64,000 nt of DNA from Mobula hypostoma (taxonomy: Eukaryota): the NCBI RefSeq assembly GCF_963921235.1, contig NC_086101.1, forward strand, positions 31,744,001-31,808,000. Reading direction: 5' to 3'. Made by a program: the position numbers and the translations under genes. The notes beneath the pieces were generated by a model. The model was not told the DNA's origin, searched no databases, and saw only the letters and a list, made by a program, of their open reading frames with translations. Shown in pieces: positions 26,001 to 37,700 of this stretch (its first letter is position 1; each line of letters starts with the position of its first letter).

Positions 26001-27552
26001 TCATTGCTCTTTTCTCACCGTTATCATCAGATAAAAGGTACAGAAACCTGAAGGCACACACTCAGTAATTCAGGAACAGCTTCTTCCCCTCCGCCATCCG
26101 ATTCCTAAATGGGCATTGAACCCATGAACACTACCTGACTTTTTTAAATATATATTATTTCTGTTTTGCACGATCTTTTAATCTATTCAATATACATATA
26201 CTGTAATTAATTTACTTATTTATTTATACTTTTTTCTATATTATGTATTGCATTGAACTGCTGCTACTAAATTATCTAATTTCACGACACATGCCGACTT
26301 GACTCTGACTCTGATTCCTCCACTTTCTTATTCTTGCTTCTTACCTTTTCCAGTCTTGATGAAGGGTCTCAGCCTTCCATAGATTCTACCTGATTTACTG
26401 AGATAATCCAGCTTTTTGTGAGTTCCTAGAAGGAAATTTTGGGGCCAGTTTCGATCTCTATGGTACCAAGGTTCCAGGCGCCCTCTAGAGGAGACAGGGC
26501 CAGCTGCACGTTAACACGTCGCCAGTGAGTGGGGCACACGACGCAGCTCTGTCCAATGGTAAAATGAATCTGTGCTTCGTCATTGGTTGCCATGCAGAAA
26601 CAGCAGAGAAACAATCAGTGGTGGGTTGATGGTGGGTTGAGGGTGGGAAGGACCCAAGGAATAAGAAACATTCTGGAATTAAAATTCATTTATTGTTACG
26701 GAAGAAGTTTTTATTTATTGTGTGCAGAGAGAAATTTAAAAGAGACTTGAGGGGCAACCTCATCTCACAGAGGAAAATACAAACATGGAATGAGCTACCA
26801 GAGGAAGTGTTGTGGCACTTCCAATGGGTCAACAGGTTGAGAAGGATATGGGCCAAACGTGGGAAATGGCGGTGGTTTAGATGGGCATGTTGGATGGAAT
26901 AGGCCAAATGGGCCGAAGAGCCTGTCTCTGTGCTGTACAAATATATGAATATATGATTCAGAAAGGGAAAGGGGCGGCTGGAAAATCTCAACTACAATCA
27001 GAAAAACTGCAACCTCTCAAACCGCAGTCATTAACATGAGGAGAGAAGCCAATGAAAGAGCACGGCTGCGGTTTGTCACCTGTTGCTGGGTAGATTTGTT
27101 TTTGAATTTGTGGGCTGGCGGAGGCACCCCTGGGTGATTGGACTTGGCTAAATGGAGGAGTTGAAGGACAGCAGAGGAAAGGGATAAATTACCATGTTGG
27201 AACTCACTTTCAAGGACTCTTCATCTTGATATTTATCGAAATGTTTAAATTTATTATTATTTCCTTTATTTCTTTTTGTATTTACAGTTTGTTGTCTTCA
27301 GCACATCAGTTGTTTGTCTGTCCTGTTGGATACAGTCTTTCATTGTGTTTCTTGTATTACTGAGAATGCCAGCAAGAAGATGAATCTCAGAGTTGTATTT
27401 GATGATAAATATCTTCCTTGATACTTTCAACTTTTAACTTTGTGAGTTAACCTGAACTCATATGACAGTTGGTAATATTGCATGACAACCAGTCAGTCCC
27501 AGCACAAACTGAGTGGCTGGTTATCTGAAATTGTCACAGGCAATGTTAAGGA

Positions 27553-28545
27553 CTTTTCTCCACACTTCTAGTCAGCATGGATTGCCTCGGCAGATCCAGG
27601 ACAAGAGTTCATCCCAGCTCCCAAGGATTCTGACTGGATGTCCACCATCCCGTACTCTCTGCCCCTGGTTCCCAGCTCTGGTTCAAACATTGTATTGGTG
27701 TTGCTGAAGTCACTTTGTTCTCCTGGCGCACCCCTCCCACTGACTCTCCCCCGGTTACCCTGGTTACCCTGGGCACTGGTGAGACCACACAGGGAGTGCT
27801 GTGCGCTACTGGTCTCCTTGGTTTAGGAAGCTGGAGCAGTTCGAGGAAAGTTTGTGTGACAAATACCTGGGACGGGCAAGTGTCTGATCTACAAGGTCCG
27901 ACAGAAGGGGTTTGTGCTCACTGGGATTTGAGAGAGTGGCTTGTGGTGAGGCGATAACTCGACTGAAACATCCTGAAGGGTCTGGCTGTGGGGAGATGTT
28001 TTCCTTTGTGGGAGAATCAAGAAACGAGGGGCAGTGTTCACAAGTAAAAGTCACCCCTTTAAGGCAGAGGGGCACAAGGTAATTTCTCTGCAGCCAAAAT
28101 TGTTGGAACTCACTCCCTTAAAGAACCATGACACCAAAGCTTTAGGTATTGTTTTAGGATGGACTGTCACGGGGGGAGGCAGAAAGTTACCAAGATGACA
28201 AGTTATGAGGGAAACTGAATTTGGGGATATAACTGACCCACAGCTCTATCACCAGCTCCTGGGACCATAGCTGAGTGATTAAGGTGCTTACTACACACAA
28301 GAGAAAATCTGCAGATGCTGAGTTTCTCCATCATTTTGAGGGTGCTTACTACAGCCGCTTTAGACAGAGCCAATAACAGGACTCTGAAATGGAGCAACTC
28401 TGCACATATCACGATCCCATGAACAGCCATGTGATCACGGGGGACTGTCCTGCTCTCTCTGATACTGGCCGCAGGACTTTTCTGTTGAGACCCCCAGACC
28501 CAAACTCCCAGGAATACAGCACTACCTGTCTCTCCCTTTGGACCT
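27553..28545 (-). pseudogene. Probable decayed collagenous (Gly-X-Y) coding sequence, split by CR1/PLE fragments
   Basis: 27786-27553: GLT SAQ GNQ GNR GRV SGR GAP GEQ SDF SNT ... GMV ... GMN .. GSA ... GEK; 28545-28410: GPK GET GSA VFL GVW ... SRT VPR DHM AVH GIV; in-frame stop. Confidence 0.45.
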
Positions 28546-28799
28546 GTGATGTGGGGCCAGACCAGGCCATGGCACAGGGAACCACAGTCTGGTGACAGGT
28601 AGAGAGCTGCTTATTATCCTCACTCTGTGCCCCACCAGAAAGACAGACGGACAGGCACACACACACACATCTCCCTGGGATCCAGGGCAAGCTGGCTAAT
28701 TGGACACACAACTAAAATGGCGCTGTAGAGCAGGTGGAAAGTTGTTTCTCAGCCTGGAGGCCTGTGACCAATGGTTTCGCCAGGAGTCAGTGGTGGGAC

Positions 28800-30512
28800 C
28801 AGGGCCGGACTTTAGGCAGGGCTAGGCTGGGCTGCAGCCCGGGTCCTGAGCTGCAGAGGGGCCCAAAATAGGCAGCAATCATCATAGTGGAGAAAAGAAA
28901 CACGAAAGTGGAGCACAGAAAAGAAAAGAAACAAGAAAAAGAGGACCGTGAGAAAGAAGCATTAAAAAAGACATTGAAATTGACAGAATATTTTAAATCT
29001 GTTCTCGATGATGCAGCAGTACCATCGCTCTTGTCACAGTCTGAGACCGGTGGACAAACCGAGACTTGTTCCACAGCTAGCGCTAGCACCAGCGTTAGCA
29101 CAGGACCACCGTCCTTGCCACAGTCAGCAGCTAACGTTGAAGAGGCAGAGAGCATGACTTTGGGATTCCCAACCGCAGAGGCTTCCAGACAACCAAGTCG
29201 GGCCACCATTAATGTTAATATTACCGCTACTGAGGATCCTTACAGCACTGATCCTGCTCGCTGGGGAAAGGAAACGTTAGATGATTCGGTCCGAGCGTAC
29301 TGGGCTAAGAAAAGCTCGTAAATGGTGAGTACATATCAAGGCAATAGCTCTTATATTCCCCTTCCACTGCCTGTGTGTTTTGTTTTGCATGCTGCATCTT
29401 CAGTGATGGTAGCTGCCAGTCCATCTTCAAAACTGGCTTTAGTGACTGGAAACATGCCACTGAGCGCATAGGACAGCATGAAAATAGCGAACACCACAGG
29501 AAAACGATACTGACCTACGTTACACTAGCGTCTGACAGTGCAAGAATAGATACAGAACTGCAAAAACAGTTCAAGTCAGAGTATGTCTACCTGACCGACG
29601 TATTGAGAAGAGTGTTGGTGGTTGTGAAGTTTTTGGTCGAGAGGGGACTGGCTATCCGAGGCTCCAGTGACATATTTGGCAGGCCTGAGAACGGGAACTA
29701 CATAGGCTCAGATCCACAATGGGACAGGACAGGCTGAATCATCTTACTCTGATGTCATTTGAAAGTGATCTTGTTCAGAAACTGGAATTTAGTGATCTGA
29801 TCAAGGACTTTGCTGCGAAGAAATCCAGAAGAACTAGGCTTTAATTTTGAAAAACAAGCATCTGACTTTGTAAATACCTCGGCTTGTGTGTCAGTGCTGT
29901 TCGTGTTTTTGTGGCAATAGGCTGATAGTTGACTGTTTACAAACTTAGTAAGCAATAAGTGGTCTTTACTCTGCAAGCCACACGGTACAGCAATAGGTTA
30001 GTATGTGCTAGATCTCATTTTTCAAAAAGATTGTTGGAGTATTGTCAAGTTTCCTAGTTTGCCATAGTGCCACCTCTCTTGGCCTTTTTGTCTCTCATTT
30101 CCATTTTACTTTGTCAGAACACACGGTTGAGAAAAATACCTAGATAAAAATGCTTTGGCATTGTTTGAGAAATAAAGCCTATGGTATGTGCAGCAATAGC
30201 TAAATACAGATTCAAGATTGGATACATCATACTTCATCTCCCGCATAACTTTACTAAGCCAACTAAGCCTAGGTCAATTTTTGAATGCTGTAGATGCTGT
30301 CCTTCAAACTAAGAATCTGCATAACTTTCTGTCCTCCCTCTTAAGGCCTGTAAGTTTATAGCCTACGTATTGTACTAAACCAATGCCTTGGTCCACAGCT
30401 TTGATATTTAGACCTTTGCTCTTGTTCTCGCCTTTTTTTGCTTGGTACAGCAGCATTTTACGGTGTCGGCAGGGGTCCCATCAGGACTTCCAGCCCAGGG
30501 GCCCCGGCCCTG
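28800..30512 (+). mobile_element. hAT DNA transposon, internally deleted (ZMYM1-like/TTF and DUF4371-type N-terminus joined to the dimerisation-domain end)
   Basis: TIR CAGGGCCGG / CCGGCCCTG; perfect 8-bp TSD GGTGGGAC (28792-28799, 30513-30520); FCFACCIF, FSDWKH, RGLAIRG, GNYIG and LMSFESDLVQKLEFSDLIKDFAAKKSRR*. Confidence 0.92.
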
Positions 30513-31000
30513 GGTGGGACAACCATTAATTGTCATCTATATCAATGATTTAGATGAGAATGTACAGGCATGGTTAGTAAGTTTTTCAGTGACTCTAAAA
30601 TAGGTGGTGTCATTAATAGTCTGGAGGTTTATCAGGAATTACACAGGAATCAGGATTAGCTGGGTAATTGGACTGAGGAATAGCAAATATATTTTAATTC
30701 GGATTAGTGTGCAATATTGCATTTTGAAAGGTCAGGTGAGGGTAGGGCTTTCACAGTGAAAGTAGGTACTTGGGCAGTGTTGTAGAACAAAAGGAGTGAA
30801 AGTACATGGTTCCTGCAAGTGACTCACAGGCAGACAGGGTGGTGAAGGAAGCTTTTGGCACACTGGCCTTCATCAGCCACGGCTTTGAGTACAGGGGCTG
30901 TGTTGTGTTGAAGCTGTACCAGACATTGGTGACACTGTATTTGGAGTATCGTGTTCAGGTTTAGCCACCCTCTGTACAAAGACGTCAGTAAACTGGAAAG
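30513..31000 (+). mobile_element. CR1 RT fragment, host of the hAT insertion (left part about 28735-28799)
   Basis: caggagtcagtggtgggac joins aaccattaattgtcatctatatcaatgatttagatg, giving QxSVVG...VIYINDLDE. Confidence 0.75.
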
Positions 31001-31139
31001 AGTTCCAGAGGCCCAGTCAGCGGCGGGAACAGAGCACTTTGACAGGTCACTCGCAGGTCAGCGAAGCTTGTGTAAAAGGAGACCTTCGCGGGTGTTCGAA
31101 CATTCCAGAGGAGGGAGCAGAGCACTGAAAATTAAATAA

Positions 31140-32660
31140 AAGTACAGAAGGGACAAGTGGGGAGGCCATTATCAGGACAGCCATTGTTGGGAGAAGGCCA
31201 GCGGTGAGAGTAGGAACGTCAGGCTTTGAATCACGAGGCTTCGATGAGAAGAAGCTGAGGCCAAAGACACAGGTTAGAAGAGTTCATTTTTCCTTTTCGT
31301 TATTGCTGATTTGGACTTGGTTGCCCACTGTACAGAGCAGGCAGGATGGCAGATATGGCAGTGGAATGCTCCTCCTGTAGGATGTGGGAATTCATGGAAC
31401 CTGATGGTCTCCCTGGCAACCACACCTGTGGGAAGTACAGCCAACTCCAGCTTCTGAAAGACGCATTAGGGAGCTGGAGCTGGAGTTGGCTGAATTAAGG
31501 ATCATCGGGGAGGCAGAGAAATTGACAGATATGACTTTCAAGCAGCTGGTTATACCCAGTGTGCAGGGAGTAGGTGGGTGAACACCGAGAGAGAGGTAAA
31601 GGAGAAAGAAGGCAGTACAGGGTCCCCATGTGGCCATACCCCTTTGGATACTGCTGTGGGGGATGATCTGTCTGGGCAGGGCAGCAGCAGCCAGACCAAT
31701 AGCACTGTGGTCGGCTCTGAGCCTCAAAAGGGTAGAGTGAAGTTAAGAGGAACAATAGTCACAGGGGACTCGATAGTTAGGGGACAGGTAGGAGCTCCTG
31801 CGGCAGCAAAAGAGAGACCAGGGTAGTGTGTTGTCTCCCAGGAGCTCGGGTCCAGGATGTCTCTGAGTGGTTGCAGAATATTCTTGAAGGGGAAGGTGAT
31901 CAACTGAAGGTCGTGGTACATGTTGGTACCAATGACGTAGGCAGGAGAGGGGTAGAGGTCCTGCACAGTAAGTGAGGGTGTTAGGAAGGAGAATGAAGAG
32001 CAGGACCTCCAGGGTCGTAATCTCTGGGTTACTCCCGGTGCCACGAGGTACAGAAGGTCAGAACAGGAAGATAGCGCAGATGAATGAGTAGCTGAGGAGA
32101 TGGTGCAGGGGGCAGGGTTTCAAGTTCCTGGATCATTGGAACCTTTTCTGGGGAAGGGTGACCTGTACAAGTGGGACGGGTTACACCTGAACTGGAGGGG
32201 AACCAATATCCTGGGAGGAAGGTTTACTAATGCTATTGGGAGGGTTTAAACTAGATTTGCAGGGAGGTGGGAGCCGAAGTGAAGAGGCAGAGGATGGGGT
32301 GGTTGGCACACAATTAGAGACAGCTTGCAGAGAGTTTGTGAGGAAGGATAAGCAGATGATAGAGCAAAGATGTACTCAGCAAGATGGTTTGAGATCTGTC
32401 TATTTTAATGCAATGAGCATCATGAGCAAGGCTGATGAATTTAGAGCGTGGATCAATACGTGGAACTATGACGCTCTGGCCATTACAGAGACTTGGATGT
32501 CTCAGGAGCAGGAATGGCTGCTGAGTGTGCCGGGCTTTAGATGTTTCAAGAAGGTCAGGGAGGGAGACAAAAGAGGTGGGAGAGTGGCATTGCTAATCAG
32601 GAATAGTATCATGGCTGTAGAAGAGGAAGAAGTCATGGAGGGATTGTCTGTTGATGCATG
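31140..32660 (+). mobile_element. CR1 5' portion (5' UTR, ORF1 zinc finger/leucine zipper/esterase, start of ORF2 endonuclease)
   Basis: MAVECSSCRMWEF...ELELELAEL, GDSIVRG, VVVHVGTND, D..HLNWRG, YFNAMSI, AITETW. Confidence 0.85.
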
Positions 32661-32829
32661 CCCTGAGCTCAAGTGCCTTTCGTACAAGACTTCTTGCATT
32701 GAAATATACACAGCTCTGGAAACTAGTCATACCACACTCAACCTTTTGATCCTGACTTTCTCTGAGGACCTACCAACATCTGTCTCCACAACTTCTCCAC
32801 TAACTGCTCTGGCACTCTGGTTCCCATCC

Positions 32830-34090
32830 CCCTGCAACTTTAGTTTAAACCCACCCACTTCCCTGTGCAGCACCCAGCAAACTTTCCCGCTAGGATATTA
32901 GTCCCCTTCCAGTTTAGGTACAAACAGTCTCTTCTGTACAGGTCCCACCTTCCCTGGAAAAGAGCCCAATGATCCAAAACTCTATGCCTTTCCTCCTGCA
33001 CCAACTCCTTAACCATTTGTTGAATTGTATAAATTCCTATTTCTAGCCTCATTAGTACGTGGCATGGATAAAAATTTTAAGATCACAACTCTGGAGGTCC
33101 TGCCCTTTCACTTAGTACCTAACTCCCTGAACTCCAGCACATTTTTTGCTGAACCTCATCACTCCTCCTACCCAGGTCGTGGATACCTACCTGGACCACG
33201 ACTTCCGGCTGTTCACCCTCCCCCTTAAGAATGCTGAGGAGTCGATCCGTGATGTCCCAGACCCTGGCACCCGGGAGGCAACATATAGAACCTTTCTGTT
33301 CCCCTGACTAACAAATCCCCTTTCACCACAGCTCGCTTCTTCTCCCCTCTTCCTTTCAGAGTTACAGATCCAGACCCAGTGCCAAAGATCCAACCACTGC
33401 GACTTTTCTGTGCTAGGTCATCTGCACCAATAATATCCAAAGTGATATACCTGTTGTTGAGGGGTGGCCATAGGGGTACTCTGCACTGGTAGTTTAACTC
33501 CTTTCCCTCTCCTGACTGTCACCCCGTCTCCTGTGTCCTGTACCTTCTCTCTACATCCCATCTATCACACCCTCAGCCTCCCAAATGATCTAGAGTTTAT
33601 CCAGTCCCAGCTCCAACTCCTGAACGTGGTTTGATAGAAGCCGTAGCTGAACACATTTTTCACAGGTGTAGTCATCAGGGACACTGGAGGTCTCCCTGCC
33701 TTCCCACATCCAACAAAAGGAACATTCCACTATCCTGCCTGGCATTTCTACTGTTTTAAGCAAGTATAAAGAAGGGGGCAAAAAAAAGAATTCTACCTAC
33801 AGCTTTTCATTTTTGCCTTCTCTGACTGAAGCCTCAAAGAGATAAAACCTCAGAATCTTCACTCTGACCCTATCCACTCCAAAGTTGAATGCCCGGGCAA
33901 TGGGCACTCCACCTGCCCCTGCCTTACTTTAATCTGTTCTTGCTAATCAATCCCAAACTATGATTGGCCGCTGCTCAAAGCCGCCAAAAACTGCCGTGAG
34001 TCGCAGCCTTTAATACTCAATCAGTAAACCTGGGTGAATCACCTCCTCTCAAGCTTCTGCTGGCTCCAGCTGGCTGCTGCTCCAAGTTGT
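32830..34090 (-). mobile_element. Second CR1 5' portion in opposite orientation
   Basis: IVECSFCWMWE...CEKCVQLRLL..ELELGLDKL, esterase remnants and LNWKGTNILAG. Confidence 0.8.
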
Positions 34091-34734
34091 ATCTATTTAA
34101 GAAAGGCAACAGGGAGCGAACAGCTGCAGAGCTTTACATCTGTGTAGGAACATTCTTAGATCATAGGCAAAGGAGCAGAATTAGGCCATTTGACCCATTC
34201 AGTACTTCCTGCCATTCCATCACGGCTGATTTATTATCCCACTCAACCCCATTCTCCCACCTTCTCTCCATAACCTTTGGTTTCCTGACTAATCAAGAAC
34301 CTATCGAACTCCATTTTAATTAAATCCCAGGATCAGAATCAAGCTTCATATCACTGACTTATGTTGTGAAATTCCTTGTTTTATCACAGCATTACATTGC
34401 AATACATAATAATAAAAAACTATACATTACAGACAGATGTATATATAGAAAATTTTAAAAAATTTAAAAAGTTGTCCAAAAGAGAGGAAAAATACTAATG
34501 TAGTGTACATGGGTTCATTGCCCGTACAAAACCCTTATGGCGGAGGGGATGAAGCTGTTCCTGAAATGTTGAGTGTGTTTCTTCAGGCTCCTGAGCCTTC
34601 TCTTTCTTAGTAGCAATGACTTGACCTGCAAAAACATCCTTGGCAACGAATTCTGCAGTCAGCTTCCTTTGGCTAAAGAAATTCTTCCTCATCTCTGTTC
34701 TAAATGGTCCTGCCCCCTGGCCCTGCATGCCTCT

Positions 34735-37700
34735 GTCACTTCACTCCACTTCACTCCACTCCCCGTCACTTCACTCCACCTCACTCCCCTCCCTGTCACT
34801 TCACTCCACTTCACTCCCCTCCCTGTCACTACACTCCACCTCACTCCCTTCCCCGTCACTTCACTCCACCTCACTCCCATTCCCGTCCCTTCACTCCACC
34901 TCACTCCCCTCCCCGTCACTTCACTCCCCTCCCCCCCTCCCGTCACTTCACTCCACTACACTCCCCCGTCCCTTTACTCCACTACACTCCTATTCCCCGT
35001 CACTTCACTCCACCTCACTCCCCTCCCCGTCCCTTCACTCCACTACACTCCTATTCCCCATCCCTTCACTCCACCTCACTCCCCTCCCCGTCACTTCACT
35101 CCACCTCACTCCACTCCCCGTCCCTTCACTCCACTACACTCCTATTCCCCATCCCTTCACTCCACCTCACTCCCCTCCCCGTCACTTCACTCCACCTCAC
35201 TCCCCTCCCTGTCACTTCACTCCACTACACTCCCCTCCCCATCCCTTCACTCCACTATACTCCCATTCCCGTCACTTCACTCCACCTCACTCCCCTCCCC
35301 ATCACTTCACTCCACTACACTCCCCTTCCCGTCCCTTCACTCCACTACACTCCCCTCCCCGTCCCTTCACTCCACCTCACTCCCCTCCCCGTCCCTTCAC
35401 TCCACCTCACTCCCCTCCCCGTCACTTCACTCCACCTCACTCCCCTCCCTGTCACTTCACTCCACTACACTCCCCTCCCCATCCCTTCACTCCACTATAC
35501 TCCCATTCCCGTCACTTCACTCCACCTCACTCCCCTCCCCATCACTTCACTCCACTACACTCCCCTTCCCGTCCCTTCACTCCACTACACTCCCCTCCCC
35601 GTCCCTTCACTCCACCTCACTCCCCTCCCCGTCACTTCACTCCACCTCACTCCCCTCCCCGTCCCTTCACTCCACCTCACTCCCCTCCGTCTCTTCACTC
35701 CACCTCACTCCCCTCCCCGTCACTCCCCTCCACCTCACCCCCCGTCCCTTCACTCCACCTCACTCCCCTCCCCGTCACTTCACTCCACCTCACTCCCCTC
35801 CCCGTCCCTTCAGTCCACTTCACTCCCCTCCCCGTCCCTTCACTCCACCTCACTCCCCTCCATCTCTTCACTCCACCTCACTCCCCTCCCCGTCACTCCC
35901 CTCCACCTCACCCCCCGTCCCTTCACTCCACCTCACTCCCCTCCCCGTCACTTCACTCCACCTCACTCCCCTCCCCGTCAGTTCACTCCACTTCACTCCC
36001 CTCCCCGTCCCTTCAGTCCACTTCACTCCCCTCCCCGTCACTTCACTCCACCTCACCCCCATTCCCGTCACTTCACTCCACTACACTCCTATTCCCGTCA
36101 CTTCACTCCACCTCACTCCCCTCCCCGTCAGTTCACTCCACCTCACTCCCCTCCCCGTCACTTCACTCCACTTCACTCCCCTCCCCGTCCCTTCAGTCCA
36201 CCTCACTCCCCTCCCCGTCACTTCACTCCACCTCACTCCCCTCCCCATCACTTAACTCCACCTGACTCCCCTACCCGTCCCTTCACTCCACGACACTCCC
36301 CTCCCCGTCACTTCACTCCACCTCACTCCCATTCCCGTCACTTCACTCCACCTCACTCCCCTCCCTGTCACTTCACTCCACCTCACTCCCCTCCCCGTCA
36401 CTCCCCTCCACCTCACCCCCCGTCCCTTCACTCCACCTCACTCCCCTCCCTGTCACTTCACTCCACCTCACTCCCCCGTCACTTCACTCCACCTCACTCC
36501 CCTCCCTGTCACTTCACTCCACCTCACTCCCCTCCCTGTCACTTCACTCCACCTCACTCCCCTCCCCGTCACTCCCCTCCACCTCACTCCCCCGTCACTT
36601 CACTCCACCTCACTCCCCTCCCCGTCACTTCACTCCACCTCACTCCCCTCCCTGTCACTTCACTCCACCTCACTCCCCTCCCCGTCACTTCACTCCACTA
36701 CACTCCTATTCCCGTCACTTCACTCCAACTCACTCCCCTCCCTGTCCCTTCACTCCACCTCACTCCCCTCCCCGTCACTTCACTCCACCTCACTCCCCTC
36801 CCCGTCACTTCACTCCACCTCACCCCCATTCCCGTCACTTCACTCCACTACACTCCTATTCCCGTCACTTCACTCCACTTCACTCCCCTCCCCGTCCTTC
36901 ACTCCACCTCACTCCCCTCCCCGTCACTTCACTCCACTACACTCCTATTCCCGTCAGTTCACTCCACCTCACTCCCCTCCCCGTCACTTCACTCCACTTC
37001 ACTCCCCTCCCCGTCCTTCACTCCACCTCACTCCCCTCCCCGTCACTTCACTCCACTACACTCCTATTCCCGTCAGTTCACTCCACCTCACTCCCCTCCC
37101 CGTCACTTCACTCCACTTCACTCCCCTCCCCGTCCTTCACTCCACCTCACTCCCCTCCCCATCCCTTCACTCCACTACACTCCTATTCCCGTCAGTTCAC
37201 TCCACCTCACTCCCCTCCCCGTCACTTCACTCCACTTCACTCCCCTCCCCGTCCCTTCAGTCCACCTCACTCCCCTCCCCGTCACTTCACTCCACCTCAC
37301 TCCCCTCCCCGTCCCTTCACTCCACTTCACTCCCCTCCCCGTCCCTTCAGTCCACCTCACTCCCCTCCCCGTCACTTCACTCCACCTCACTCCCCTCCCC
37401 GTCACTTCACTCCACCTCACTCCCCTCCCCGTCACTCCCCTCCACCTCACCCCCCCGTCCCTTCACTCCACCACCCTCCCCTCCCCGTCACTTCACTCCA
37501 CCTCACTCCCCTCCCCGTCACTTCACTCCACCTCTCTCCCCTCCCCGTCACTTCACTCCACTCCACTACACTCCTATCCCCGTCAATTCACTCCACTACA
37601 CTCCCCCGTCCCTTCACTCCACCTCACTCCCCTCCCCGTCACTTCACTCCACTACACTCCCCTCCCCATCCCTTCACTCCACCTCACTCCCCTCCCCGTC

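Noticed and set aside
28526-28588. 63-nt symmetric exon ending GPKGETG as a functional collagen exon
   Set aside because: Gly periodicity continues past the supposed donor in decayed form, so it fits the collagen-like pseudogene better than a live exon.
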